From: Tubiluchus corallicola | Lineage: Eukaryota > Animalia > Priapulida | Reading direction: 5' to 3' | Assembly (NCBI GenBank): GCA_030141605.1 | Contig: JAQGDQ010000417.1 | Coordinates: forward strand, 62,001-126,000 | Length of the DNA: 64,000 bases | Shown: positions 12,452 to 25,319 of the stretch, piece after piece | Numbering within the stretch: the first letter of the stretch is position 1 | Layout of the letters: every line of letters starts with the position of its first letter | Made by a program: the position numbers and the translations under genes | The notes under the pieces: generated by a model | What the model was told of the DNA's origin: nothing | What the model saw: the letters and a program-made list of their open reading frames with translations, nothing else | The model's database searches: none

Positions 12452-12951
12452 GCGCATCTAGACGAGCGAGTTATCCGTTGTAAGTTTTTTCCCCCTAACG
12501 GCAAACACGCAAGTGTGAACTACTTTGCGAGTTACCGTCGGCAAGTTATTGCAAACTCTCCAACAGTTGCTGCGAGTTGACCTCCTACGAGTTACTGTCT
12601 AGTGTGAACGCCTCAGCGAGTTACTCTTGACACTTGCTGTCTAGTCTGAACATGTTTGCGAGTCACTCTTGACACTTGCTGTCTAGTCTGAACACGTTTG
12701 TGAGTTACTCTTGACACTTACTGTCTAGTGTGAACACATTTGTGAGTTACTCTTGACACTTGCTGTCTAGTCTGAACATGTTTGTGAGTTACTCTTGACA
12801 CTTGCTGTCTAGTCTGAACACGTTTGTGAGTTACTCTTGACACTCGCTGTCTAGTGTGAACACATTTGTGAGTTACTCTTGACACTTTCTCTCTAGTCTG
12901 GGCATGTTTGTGAGTTATACTTGGCCAGAAAACTCGCAAGTCTGGATGCGC
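12452..12951. mobile_element. MITE (PIF/Harbinger-like TIR) with an internal 42-bp tandem array
   Basis: TIR GCGCATCTAGACGAGCGAGTT / AACTCGCAAGTCTGGATGCGC; about 7 copies of GAGTTACTCTTGACACTTGCTGTCTAGTCTGAACACGTTTGT. Confidence 0.75.
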
Positions 12952-13034
12952 TACTAAGAACTTACTGCACTTCACGCTGCGCCAAAAGCTGGAAGTGAAA
13001 AGAGAGAAAATGATCATTTGAACGAGAAACTTAC

Positions 13035-13148
13035 ATGTCGTTTGCTAGCGATGACATCATCTAATTGATGCTGCAAATCCGTCAGTTCCATTTCGACACC
13101 CTGCCTGGCTTTCACAGCAGCTATCTTAGCAAATTCAGCATCTTCCAG
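13035..13148 (-). CDS. MYO18: Myosin XVIII exon, coiled coil
   Basis: TAG/GTAAG, 114 nt, phase 0-0; LEDAEFAKIAAVKARQGVEMELTDLQHQLDDVIASKRH. Confidence 0.94.
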
Positions 13149-13258
13149 CTATAAATCATCATAAATTTATTGTACATAAACAATAAATTAAAAATTTTCA
13201 ATAACGTCCAGTCAATTACTACGTTCTGTCACAGTTTTCCAAGTTTCACAAGTTTTAA

Positions 13259-13848
13259 CCCTTTCACTACGGAAGGTGGCACACTGCCGCCTATGTTTTT
13301 GATGCAAGGGACAGAAGGCAGTAGACTGCCACCCAAGCTCAGCACTAAGCGCAGCCACCCAGGTCTGTTTATTTCACTGCTACGGTCAAGTAGAAACATT
13401 GTAGAAAAGTTTAACATCTGTGGGATTGGGGCTGCTTGGCAACAAGTATCGCTAACCGCCAATCAGTGTCTGAAGCAAGGTGCATTTCACAATACTGTAC
13501 TGTATAGTGCGTTCTTATGCAAAATTGCTTGTTGATAGTTGGTGAAACGTGTTTAGTCACTTGTTCTGCATTCTTATAAAATAATTGCATATTATGGATT
13601 AGTAATGTGAGTTTTGTAAAAACTGATTTCTAAATATAAGTACATGCTAATTTATGAGGGTGTGCACGTGTGTGCGTGTGAGTGCATGTATGTGTACATA
13701 TGTAGAGATAAAACTCTTAATGTTAGTACTCACTAATGAACAACTATTTGTTCACTTACAAGATTCTGTTTTAGTAACACACCACAAGAAGTTATTGTCA
13801 AATGTGCAAAAGTCAATTCAGTTAAAAAGTAACAATGTAGTGAAAGGG
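13259..13848. mobile_element. piggyBac-like MITE
   Basis: TTAA-CCCTTTCACTAC ... GTAGTGAAAGGG-TTAA. Confidence 0.85.
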
Positions 13849-14349
13849 TTAAATAATGCAAAGTATAAAGGTAAGCTTCGTAAGATATAGTGTATTTGTA
13901 TCTCCAAGTAGGCAAATTTGCATAAACTATGGTTACTCGTAAAAATCGATTATTTTCTGAACGATCATTTGCCTAATTTACAACACTCTCAGATTTACCA
14001 CTTAGATAATCAATGGTGAAAATTCTTAATACCGACTCTAGAAAGTAAATTAGAAAGAGAAAAAATCTCCAAGTATTTTCAATGTATGAAACACAAGCAT
14101 AACATGCAGAAAGTTCCCCTGGTTTAATACTTGTACAACCAGTAGCTACGCATGAAATGAGACAGATGAAATAAAACTCTCTTCTGTAGCAAATATCACA
14201 GTTCCGTGACACTGTAGGACATTTTTGCTCAAAGTATAACGTTTGGATTTTACAAAATTTCTGGCAGACTCCGTGGCATTAATTAATTTTTTGCTATAAA
14301 GACATTTCTGAACATTTCGCATGGTGAATAAGATGCTTTACGCACAGAC

Positions 14350-14601
14350 CTGATTTTTGAGCTGTTTCACAAACTGTCTTCCCGATTCTTTCTCTCTTGA
14401 TTGTTGGAGCATTGTTTGAGCATCCCTGAGCAAAGCTTTCGTCTTTCTCAAATCCCGCTTCAGACCCTTCTCCCGGGCGGAGTCGCGCTGCGGTTCCACG
14501 GCGGCGAGATCTGTCAGTTTTGATTCGAGTTCGCGCTTCTCCCGGGAGAGCTTCTGCTTCTCCGCACTCTCGTTTTCCAGCTCCGACTCCATAAACTTTA
14601 A
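14350..14601 (-). CDS. MYO18: Myosin XVIII exon, coiled coil
   Basis: CAG/GTCTG, 252 nt, phase 0-0; ...EKGLKRDLRKTKALLRDAQTML...QLKNQ. Confidence 0.95.
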
Positions 14602-14938
14602 CTGAAAAGAAAAGCAAATCTGTGATTCCCCGTCACACAAAAGATTCAGCAAAGTATGTTAATTTTGCAAAAGTCCAGAGTCGTATTAACGAATAGGGTA
14701 ACTAGGCTATAGCCTGGGACGTCAAAGTTATAGGGCATCACATTTTATAGAAAATTCTTATTCTCCTAAGAAAGTGTGTATACTTTCATATCCATGTAAA
14801 GGGCACATTTTATAACACACCACAACTAGTTACTGAGCACAGCTTTTACATAAGTGCCACATAACGAACAGGTGCAAGGTATTACACGACACGACAAACA
14901 CATTTTCAATTAATTTATCTGTGTCAGTACACCTGTAC

Positions 14939-15058
14939 CTTTTTGGAAGTGTTTGCTCGCAACTCTTCCATCTCTTGCTCTCGCGTTTCAGCTTCCTTGA
15001 CGTGATTTTGTCGCATCTTCTCGTTCTCCATCTCCAAGCGTAACTTGGCTTGTTGCAC
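14939..15058 (-). CDS. MYO18: Myosin XVIII exon, coiled coil
   Basis: CAG/GTACA, 120 nt, phase 0-0; VQQAKLRLEMENEKMRQNHVKEAETREQEMEELRANTSKK. Confidence 0.94.
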
Positions 15059-15337
15059 CTGTAATTAACAAAGAGAAACGGTAACCAACAAAGTTGCTGG
15101 CGTTTTTTAGAGACAGATTTTCGCAACAGTGTCGGTTCTCGATCTGCACATTGGTCGCCCGCCATTAGTTAAGTTTTTAATCTATTATTTAATTATCAGA
15201 AATGCTTTTACAGTAATAATGGTGTTAAAATGTATACTTTTTGTTGGACTTGAAAATGGGGTAGAGAAAAATCACCCCATCTTCCTTTAAACTATCACAG
15301 GTAATTAGAAATTAACGCGCAGGTAAAATCTTCTTAC

Positions 15338-15430
15338 CTGTTGGAGTTGTCCAGCTTGGTCATCAAGTTCGTCCTCTTGGTCTTGGACTTTCTTCTCCAG
15401 TTCATGCTTCTCTCTCTTCAGCTTGATCAG
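15338..15430 (-). CDS. MYO18: Myosin XVIII exon, coiled coil
   Basis: CAG/GTAAG, 93 nt, phase 0-0; LIKLKREKHELEKKVQDQEDELDDQAGQLQQ. Confidence 0.94.
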
Positions 15431-16115
15431 CTGCAAAATGCAGGACATGCTTACAATACAGGTAATCAACGAAAATACGTACAGGAAACAGGACCAGGAA
15501 GCGGAACAGGAAACAGGACCAGGAAGGGGAAGGAAGTATGGAAAGTGTTGAAAGGCGGATGAAAGTTTAAGCATTTGATAATAGAATAGCAGAGATGTAT
15601 GTGAAATATACAGCAATACACAGCAAAACTCATTCATGATGAAATGCCAGGGGCGTATCTATCAACAGGTTAACTAGGCTGCGGCCTCGGGTGCCGAGTC
15701 TTGAGGGGCACCAGATGTTAGGGATCCAGTGTTAAAAAGTTCTCGTTCTCCTTGGTAAATGTGTATCTTTTCCAATTCAGATAAAGTGAGTATTTTATAA
15801 CACACCACAAACAGTTAATGAAGCAATTTTGTATATAACTGCCATATAACAAACAAGTACAATTATTACATAAAAGTACTACAACCACAAGCACTTTGCT
15901 TAGGGTTTTAAGAACAACGCAAATAAATGTGACTAACAATAGCCATTAAGGTATGAGGTAAGTGTGTTACTAACACACCACAAGTAATTGTGCATTGAGC
16001 ATATGATATAAACGTCCATAGAAGGGACGAGTAGGACTAAACTATCAGCTTCATATGTCCTATGAAGTTCTTAGAAAACCTGGTATAATACAAAGGTTTT
16101 ACACAGTTGTAACTA

Positions 16116-16491
16116 CACTCATATCTTGGTTAGCCAGACAAAAGCGGGGAGATGTCGGTCCGAATTTGCTGACTGCCCGTATTTACCGACACTAAACTAA
16201 TACAGTAGGCGCCGTGTATTAGACTCATGGTGATGTAGAATCAATCATCTAATTGTCTCAAAAACGTCTAAGCACTGGCCGCTCCTGTGCAAAAGTATAT
16301 AAAAACTGTCAACAATTGACTCAAAACTTCTACATAATTGACTATATTTTTTCCTGTACATGCTTTACACTGATGTAATCATGTAAGCAAACTGACGGCC
16401 CGCCAAGTAGCGGTCAGCTCGCGAAACAGTGGACTGTGTCCGTAGTATGCGGGACTTGTTAACGGTCCAGATTTTGTTTGATATATGAGTG
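16116..16491. mobile_element. TA-flanked MITE, same family as 8933-9294
   Basis: TA-CACTCATATCTTGG ... ATATGAGTG-TA; internal homology to 8933-9294. Confidence 0.78.
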
Positions 16492-16954
16492 TAACAAAAA
16501 CATCAAACAGCACACATCAAATAAACACTACAGCGCGCAATAAGGAACTATAATAAAATGTCTGTTTTGTCTGATTTTTTAAAGGAGATTTTGCTTAAAC
16601 TTTGGTTCTTACCTAATAGCTTGAAGCACCTGACACAGATTAAAAAGAAACATAGAAAATCATCATCTCTTTCTGATTTGAGAATTTGCTTGTTTAGCAA
16701 AATTACCACAAAATACAAATATATTCAAGACTTTAAAAAAAATGCGTTAAATGAGTTAAATGAAATTTTTCGTTAAATTAAATTTCTTTGATGCTTATTA
16801 AAAAGAATGATATGAGCTGCAAAAAAGACAATATTTAACTGTTTGTGGTGTCTTACTACAAAGATGTAGTAATTTATAATTGTTTGACCTTTTTAAAACA
16901 GAACTTTTTCGTGCTCTTAAATACACAGCGCTCAATACATACGACAACACTCAC

Positions 16955-17180
16955 TTCTTTATCATCAGCCTTGCCAGTGGTGCCCTCTATGACGGCAATT
17001 TCCGCCTGCAGACGGGCGACTTTTTCGCTCGCCGTTTCATAGTCCTCCTTCAACAAAGCCAGCTTCTGCGCCAGCTGATACTTCTCCCCCTCGATTTCAT
17101 CTCTTTCTCGCTGCAGCACCTCTCTCTTGTAATGCTCATCTCTCAAATCGGCCTGCACCCGGCTCAGCTCGCTGTCAAAT
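16955..17180 (-). CDS. MYO18: Myosin XVIII exon, coiled coil
   Basis: CAG/GTGAG, 226 nt, phase 2-0; FDSELSRVQADLRDEHYKREVLQRERD... Confidence 0.94.
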
Positions 17181-18133
17181 CTGCAAAAATCAAAATACCG
17201 ATCGTAACGAACCGCTCGAAAACGTTTGAAAAGCAAGCAACCCTACTGAGAAAAATCTGAGATTTCCAGTTTCGAATAAGCTGCATTAACCACTACTGTG
17301 TTTGGCAGTCGGGAAGTACCAAGTTCAATTCCCAGCTTTGGTGAGATTCTCAAACATTTTTTTCTTATAACCCAATAATTTGCCAGGTAATAAAGTAATT
17401 AAAATAGTTAAATAGATAATTTAGCCAAGCTGTTATCAACTAATAACAATAAGTTCTCAGGCTTATAAACAAAATAAAGTTTGTGTATGGAAAATGAGAA
17501 AGCAACAAAAAAGTTTGTCTCAACCCCCCAAGGAGTCGAAACAGTGACATTCAGTTCATAAAACGTGATAAACCGTAAGATTAAAAGGAATGTTAGAAAT
17601 GTTTAAGGATATTGCAAAAAGCTCCGACTCAAAAATTTTCTGACATACAAACTACTACTTCCTCTGACGAACAAATACTAATGAATTTAGATTTAATTAT
17701 TCAACCATTTACACAACACAACAAAATACAAGATTTCACAGATTAACAATGCATTGCAGTGCTACTAGCACTGTAGAAGAAATTAACTTATGAGCTACGA
17801 TCAACATGGATAACACTTCATTAATGACATAAACAACAAAAATACGTGAAATGGAGCGAAGCAAACAGATGTGAGCAGACGACAACGATGACGATGACAA
17901 CGACAGTGACATTAATGCTGATGACAACAGTGGTGGCGACGACAATGATAATGAATTGATGTTAATAATGAAGATGAGCCAGAATCGATGATCTAAACCA
18001 AGTTAGCCATTTTTTGCAGTGTTATGAAATATTTCCCCATACGCTCCTTGCAGCAGCATGTCGGCTTCTTTTCATGTGGTTATTGAGTTCATATTAACCG
18101 TTGAACGCTGGATAATAATAGTAGTTAGCTATG

Positions 18134-18574
18134 GTAGCATGTGTCAATGATCGGCAAACGAAAGGCACTGCCTACTTTTTTCACTTGATTACACAACACG
18201 TGTTGTCCGTTGCGCAATGACTTCACAATTAAACATTAAAGTCGTAGCATGTGTCAATGATCAGCAAACGAAAGGCACTGCCTACTTTTTTCACTTGATT
18301 ACACAACACGTGTTGTCCGTTGCGCAATGACTTCACAATTAAACATTAAAGTCGTAGCATGTGTCAATGATCAGCAAACGAAAGGCACTGCCTACTTTTT
18401 TCACTTGATTACACAACACGTGTTGTCCGTTGCGCAATGACTTCACAATTAAACATTAAAGTCGTAGCATGTGTCAATGATCAGCAAACGAAAGGCACTG
18501 CCTACTTTTTTCACTTGATTACACAACACGTGTTGTCCGTTGAGCAATGACTTCACAATTAAACATTAAAGTCG
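18134..18574. repeat. 110-bp tandem repeat, 4 near-identical copies
   Basis: GTAGCATGTGTCAATGATC at 18134, 18244, 18354 and 18464. Confidence 0.95.
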
Positions 18575-19870
18575 ATCATTGTAAAAACAAACAACGAAAG
18601 CAAATTGATGACATTTGGTCAGGAATATTGTGGTGTTGAGTCACGCTGTTTCGTAGTCCCCGGGAGCTGAGAAATGCTTATACGCGTGCAAACAATTTGA
18701 ATACATTAGCAGTCCGTTGCAGATCATTTGTTGGTCGTTTTTAAGTTTTCAAGTTGGTGTATTATATAGGGGCATCCCTAAAAGTACCCCAAAAAAACGA
18801 TTTAAAGTACACTTTTAGTACATTCAGTGAAACCCTGCAAAAATGATTTTTACACCTTAATGAATAAAGAACAGTCGTTTTTAAATGACGAATTTTGCCA
18901 TGGAGAAGGCTTATTTGTCATTCTTACATATTCAAATTGGTGTGTCACATAATGGCACCCCTAACTAAAAAACCTCAAAATTAATTTAATTCTCAGTTTT
19001 AGTAAGTCAGTGAGACTTCGCGAAAATCTCTTTTACTAAATAAAGATCAGTGGCTTTTTTCAACGATGATTTTAATCATGGAGATCACATATTAGCCACT
19101 CTTACGATTTCAAACTCGTGCGTTGTGTAGGGGATGCCCCTAAAGTTCCCCAAAACTAGTTAGTTTTGCTTACAGTTGTGTATAATTTATTTCCTAAGCA
19201 GGTAATCAATTAGTTTAGACGATGCGGAATTGAATCGCTTTAATTCCGTCAAAGTAATTTGTGCATAATGACATCATTAGGATTAGTTTAAAATGCGCGT
19301 GCGCAAGCATCACCACTTAAACTTATTTTGTTAGTCAAAATCTGTGTCGCATTTTCACTACTGGAACTTTCTCAAACATTTTCCCAAATATTAAAATAAG
19401 TGCAACTTTCCAAGGTCTTCCCTTTAAAACTAGTGTTTAGCATTCAGGAATTTATTACACGCGCTAAAATCAAATTTTTATCTGAACTCTGCGTAAAGTT
19501 ATGAATCACTTGCACAGTTTAACGGGTGGAAAGGCATAAAAAGTTGTAAATGTTTGACAGAGTGAGTAGGTCAGTGAGTCAGTCAGTACTGTATCTGCTT
19601 CAAAGCTTTGTTAGAATTCTCTACCGTATTATATTGTCTACATCTAAAATTGTTTCAAACGACCCACCATTTAAAGGGGTGAGCCTAATGGTCTTCGCGC
19701 GAGTTTAAATTTACAAGTTTTATACAGCATTACTGCCGACACAAGCCCTGTATGCAAAAGGGCAGTATGTAAATGGTAAAAAATTTCAAGATGACTTCTT
19801 TAAACTTTATGTAAGTGCAGAGTTTTCTTGTGTTTTAAGTTACACCTTCAAAATTAGGAAACCAGCAATA

Positions 19871-20375
19871 AAGTCACAGGGAAAAAGTCAGGGAAAAAGC
19901 TCACAGGAAAAAGTCAGGGAAAAAGCTCACAAGAAAAAAATCAGGAAAAAACTTACAGGAAAAAAGTCAGGGAAAAAGCTCACAGGAAAAAAGTCAGGGA
20001 AAAAGCTCACAGGAAAAAGTCAGGGAAAAAGCTCACAGGAAAAAAGTCAGGGAAAAAGCTCACAGTAAAAAAGTCAGGGAAAAAGCTCACAGAATACAGA
20101 AAATCAGGGAAGCTCACAGGAAAAAGCGGGGGTGCAGGGAAAAAGCTCACAGGAAAAAGTCAGGGAAAAAGCTCACAGTAAAAAGTCAGGGAAAAAGCTC
20201 ACAGGAAAAAAGCCAGGGAAAAAGCTCACAGTAAAAAAGTCAGGGAAAAAGCTCACAGGAAAAAAATCAGGAAAAAAGCTCACAGGAAAAAATCACCCAA
20301 TAAGTTTTGGCTAGGGTTAGGGTCAGCTTAAGGTATTTCCTTTTTTTCCTGTGCCTTTTTCTTGTGCTTTTTCAG
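19871..20375. repeat. 27-28 bp minisatellite arm plus GGGTTAGGG core and short inverted arm
   Basis: (AAAGTCAGGGAAAAAGCTCACAGGAAA)n, then GGCTAGGGTTAGGGTC, then TTTTTTCCTGTGCCTTTTT. Confidence 0.85.
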
Positions 20376-21444
20376 CAGGATTCATACAATTACACCCCAC
20401 AAGTCAGCAGCGTTATAGAGAGGACCTGGGAGCATTCTGTTGTAAAAAAGATCATTTACCACTCTACCGAACTGATTTATTTATTGTAGGCACGGAATTT
20501 CTCACCCTTGGCAAGTTACGACGCGCGCACATGTTTTCACCGACAGTTAAAAATGTCCGACCTAGATTTGTTGAAGTTAAACACATGCGATGAAAAAATT
20601 TGCTCTATGGAGCACAGGAGGTTAATTTGCAACGTGTGTGTAAAACAGGAACGGAGGACTAGTTTAGAGTACGTGTCACTGAGAGAAGATTGTTCAACTG
20701 TTGGTTAAACCACAGTATAATCTGTGAATAGCACAGAGGTCAATGACTTTGTTAACCCTGTCACTGAATCAAGTGGTTATATTATGGTAGCAAGTTTAGT
20801 GTTTAAAGCAAAACTGGACCCAATCTTAAACTGTAGGTTAAAACAATCCACTCTTTAAAATGTTGAAAGGAAACATACTATTCTTTCAAAAATGACTTAC
20901 GTGAAAGAATTATTAACCCACAAACAGAATTTCACGTTCGTGCCACTAGTTCTTCACGTTTACAAACATTTCGCTATTCGCTAGTAGGACTAGCGCCTGC
21001 ATTTCGAAAATGCATTGCACAAAAAAACAGGCGCTGTTCCTCTCAGTTTAGATGTGTTAGTTTGTGACGAATGTGAGCACAGCAGTAAATTTGAAATTTG
21101 AATATTTATCTTAAAACTTGCCTAGTTTTAGTACAACACACTGGAAATCTTACAGTAGCACTGTACTTCAATTTTCGCTTTCATAAACACGTGCAACACA
21201 CTCGTGGAATATTTTTCATGTTGAAAATTGCTAGTTTGTGACGTCATCACTAGTTGGGCTCGCCTGCCATTAATTAAGTTTTTAATCTATTATCTAATTA
21301 TCAGAAATGCTTTTACAGTAGTAATGGTGTTAAAATGTGTCCCTTTTATCGGACTTGAAAATGGGGAAGTGAAAAATCATCCTGTTTGTAATTTTTTACA
21401 CTCGATTTAAAACTGCTACATTGTTCTGTAAATAATGTAACTCA

Positions 21445-21665
21445 TCTAATCTAATTTAATCTAGTCTGGTCTAATCTAATTTAATCTAGTCTGGTCTAAT
21501 CTAATTTAGTCTAGTCTAATCTAATAAAATTTAATCTAGTCAGATCTAATCTGATTTAATCTAGTCTGGTCTAATCTAATTTAATCTAGACTGATCTAAT
21601 CTAATTTAATCTAGTCTGATCTAATCTAATTTAATCTACAGTAATTTAAAATAATCTAGTCTAAG
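21445..21665. repeat. (ATCTA)n-derived 25-bp repeat
   Basis: TCTAATCTAATTTAATCTAGTCTGG units. Confidence 0.85.
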
Positions 21666-21772
21666 CTTGCCTCACATGGCCCATTATGATTAAATTTAAT
21701 CTAGCCTAACCCAAGCTAGACTAGTCCAGTCTACCCTAATCTGGTCTTATTTAGTCTAACATGGTCTAATCG

Positions 21773-22164
21773 CAGGGGCGTATTGGGCGCCAAAGTTTGT
21801 GGGCGTCACATTTCAGAAAAAATTCTTATTCTCCTCAGAAAATGTGTAACTTTCATATTCATAAAAAGGGTGCATTTTATAACACACCGCAGGCAGTTAC
21901 TGAGGTGCAGCTTTTATATAAGTGCCACATAACGAACAGGTGCAAGGTATTACACAACAAGCAGCTTCGGAGCCTGCTCGAATGTAAGCGCTATGCAAGT
22001 ACATGTAATTAATAATGACCACACAGAAACTATGTTAATAGTGTTTCTAACACACCACAAGTAATTTTTCTATCTGCACTTTACATAAACAACCATAAAT
22101 TCACAATAGAGGTGAGGGGGACAGAACTATCAGCTTAGGGCGTCGTTAAGTTTTGATACGCCCG
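21773..22164. mobile_element. hAT-like MITE (CAGGGGCGTAT family); relatives at about 14680-14890 and 15648-16085
   Basis: CAGGGGCGTAT ... GATACGCCCG termini; shared internal blocks (ACACACCACAAG, GTGCCACATAACGAACAGGTGCAAGGTATTACAC). Confidence 0.65.
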
Positions 22165-22599
22165 TCTAATCTACACTAATCTAATCTAACTCACCCACTG
22201 ACTTCGACCCATCTACTCTCAGTTAAATTTTGAGTATTATGATTTTGAGTATTATAAATTTTGAGTATGAGCTGGCCAAGTGACCATAAACCGGAAGAAA
22301 GTGGGAGATAAATTTTTACAAAGTCCTTGTTTCCGCGGCCAAAAACAGCAATTTGCTTCAACCCTCACGTGAACATCGATGTTTAATCACGAAGCCCAAG
22401 AACATGTGCAGAGTAATAAGAAGCCATAAAATTAGGTGATAGTTTTCGTCTGCTGATCATTAACACGTGCTGGCACAGCTAACTACTAGTATTACCAAGT
22501 GTTTTATAAACTGAATAGCCTCATATGTAAATATGCAGCAATGACTTTATTATTGTAATTCATATTGTAATTTGCGATAGAAAATTATTTCTACAGGAC

Positions 22600-22911
22600 C
22601 AGGACCAGACTATTACCTTATGGGACCCTAGGCTAACGAAATTATGCCCCCCTCGCAACAGCGGTCCTCTATCTCAAAAAAGGGGCCTCAAAGAAAGGCC
22701 ATTTTTTAAAATTGGGTTTTCAAGCTGCTGGGCCTTTTTTAAAGCTGAAATTTTATTTTGCTAAATGAATTATTTAGCAATACAAAATATTAAAATGTTA
22801 TACTTATTTTTCAAAAAAAAAAAATTTTAGCATGGTGTCTCAATCTTCGCCCCACCCAAGCTTGAGGGCCTATGATGCAGCCTATACTAGGCTATAGGGT
22901 AACCAGCCCTG
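22600..22911. mobile_element. hAT-like MITE, inverted homologue of the element at 1-772
   Basis: CAGGACC..CAGCCCTG ends; flanks TACAGGAC/GTCAGGAC; 22721-22820 matches the reverse complement of about 450-560. Confidence 0.7.
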
Positions 22912-23313
22912 GTCAGGACTTTGTCGCGCCATTTGCGAATATTTAAAACACACGTTAAATTTACTGTTTAAGCCAGGAATTACCTGGAATAAATCTTATT
23001 TGACACGTTTCCCGGCACTGGCTGGGTGTCTCGTAAGTTCTCTTACATCGTAAAAAAATATCGAACCCTGCCAGAGATGTTAATGGTACTGACATTATAA
23101 GCTGAAACCCGAAATTTGGGAAACGCAGGAAACCGATACTGAATGGAAATCATTTCCGCAAAACATACTACTATTAAAACTGAAAAATGGCAAAATTATG
23201 AAGTACGCAAAATACTTTGTTTTTGTTTACAAGTTTCCTTTTATTTGCTCTGATTCAAACTTGATGAAATCGGTAAGCAACAAAAGTTTGCATTACATAA
23301 CAGTTGAACTTAA

Positions 23314-24209
23314 GGTGCATTCAAACAAGCGAATTTTCTGTCGCATGTTTTCTCTCTGACAGTAAACTCGCAAGTGTGAACTGCTTTACGAGTTACTGTA
23401 GGCAAGTTATTGCTAACATTCAGACAGCTGCTGCTAATTGACTTCGTGCAAGTTACTGTCTAGTGTGAACACCTCGGGGAGTTACTCTCGACATGACTTT
23501 GTGTGAGTTACTGTCTAGTGTGAACACCTCGGGGAGTTACTCCCGACACAACTTTGTGAGTGTAACTGTCTAGTGTGAACACCTTGGGGAGTTACTCTCA
23601 ACACGACTTTGTGTGAGTGAGCGTCTATTGTGAACACCTCGGGGAGTTACTCTCGACATGATTTGTGTGAGTTACTGTCTAGTGTGAACACCTCAGGGAG
23701 TTACTCACGACATGACTTTGTGTGAGTTACTGTCGAGTGTGAACACCTTGGGCAGTTACTCTCGACACGACATTGTGTGAGCTACTGTCTAGTGTGAATG
23801 CCTCGGGGAGTTACTCTCGGTTACTCTCGACACGACTTTGTGTGAGTTACTGTTTAGTGTAAACATCTCGGGGAGTTACTCTCGAGACTTACTGTCTAGT
23901 GTGAATGCCTCGGGGAGTTACACTCGACACTTACTGTCTAGTGTGAATGTCTCAGGAAGTTACTCTCGACACGACTTTGTGTGAGTTAGTGTTTAGTGTA
24001 AACATCTCGGAGAGTTACACTCGACACTTACTGTCTAGTGTGAATGTCTCGGGGAGTTACTCTTAACACTTCTCGCAGTGAACAGAAAAAGGACAGTCAG
24101 GTCGCGGTTACTGTTGGAGAGTAACTCGCAGCAAGTTTTGCTCTCTAGTATGAGCACACTTGCAAGTTAACTTGGCGAGAAAGCTCACAATTCTGAATGA
24201 ATGAATGCG
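23314..24209. mobile_element. Related MITE with an expanded internal tandem array, nested in another element
   Basis: TAA-GGTGCATTCAAAC start; repeats of GAGTTACTGTCTAGTGTGAACACCTCGGGGAGTTACTCTCGACAC; homologous to 12452-12951; fragment at about 29610-29697. Confidence 0.7.
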
Positions 24210-24734
24210 TTGCAAAATTAGAAACCTGGAATTCAATTCATAGTTCAGTTCTAGAAATGCAACTAGAAGAGAAAGTTTGGAAATAAATGCTTAAAACAAC
24301 CAACAAACTATATTTTGTGAATATTTTGTTGTCTATAATTCATAAATTATAAAATTGAGCTTGGAATGCTCTAATTACACTTTTACATTTCGGTTAATTG
24401 TAACTGGATACTTCACTGAATAATTGCACTCGGCACTGAAGATATGCCCCATTGCTGTAAAAAGCTGACTTTGACATGCACAGTACAAGTAAATTTCACC
24501 CCATCTGAACTATTTTAGCTAAGATTTTCCAGCAGTTTTTTTAACAAAGGAGAAAAGAAAAAGTTGGATACACACAAACTCTCAGAAAAATACTTCCCAA
24601 AATAACCAAACTTTTGGCCACGAAATCGAATAAATTTCGACAAAAATTAAATTGACCCGAAAGTGCAATTAACGGCAAACCGAAACGAAAATTCTGTTAC
24701 GGTAACAGCTTTGATTAATTGTCACCTACGAATG

Positions 24735-25142
24735 CAGTGACGGCTCGAAGCTGAAATTAGTGGGGGTGCTGCTTCAGAAACTTTTTAGCCATTGTTTTAA
24801 CTGTGTAAAACGAAACAAACATGCAATTCTAATGTTGTAATTTGTAATTGTAATTTTAAAGTTTACTTATGAGTCTATATATAAACTTGATAAAATCCTA
24901 AAAAAAAATATTTTTTTGGTTACTAATAACCTAAACTGTAGCAGTTCAAGCTCGACTCATTCATGGTAAGCATGTGACAAATGACGACAAACTGTGTGAG
25001 AGACAGTGCTTTCTCTACCTGAGCTCAGACATGTGTACAACAGCCAAACACCGCATTGCTGGAGCGAACTGTGCTGGGCTGTGAAGCAAACAGTACTACC
25101 CTCACATGCTCAGCTTCCGTACCTATACACGAGCCGCCACTG
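24735..25142. mobile_element. hAT-like MITE, same family as 4562-5098
   Basis: Same TIRs and internal homology; degenerate 8-bp TSD TACGAATG/CGCGAATG. Confidence 0.85.
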
Positions 25143-25164
25143 CGCGAATGAGAAACTAACTCAC

Positions 25165-25319
25165 TTGCGCTGCTTCTTCTCCAACTGATTGTTTCTCGAC
25201 GATTGCGTGTCGTGATGGTGCTTAACATCCTCAAGTTCCGTCTGTAGCTTGTTGGCTTTACGCTTCCAGTTGTGAAGTTGAACGGACGTTTCCTCCGTCT
25301 CTTGTACAGCGTCAGCAAG
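25165..25319 (-). CDS. MYO18: Myosin XVIII exon, coiled coil
   Basis: CAG/GTGAG, 155 nt, phase 0-2; ...WKRKANKLQTELEDVKHHHDTQSSRNNQLEKKQR. Confidence 0.94.

Noticed and set aside
17860-17990. Asp-rich coding-like GAC/GAT run (similar runs at 31590-31925)
   Set aside because: Trinucleotide low-complexity sequence with stops and no convincing splice-site pair; not needed for the myosin frame.
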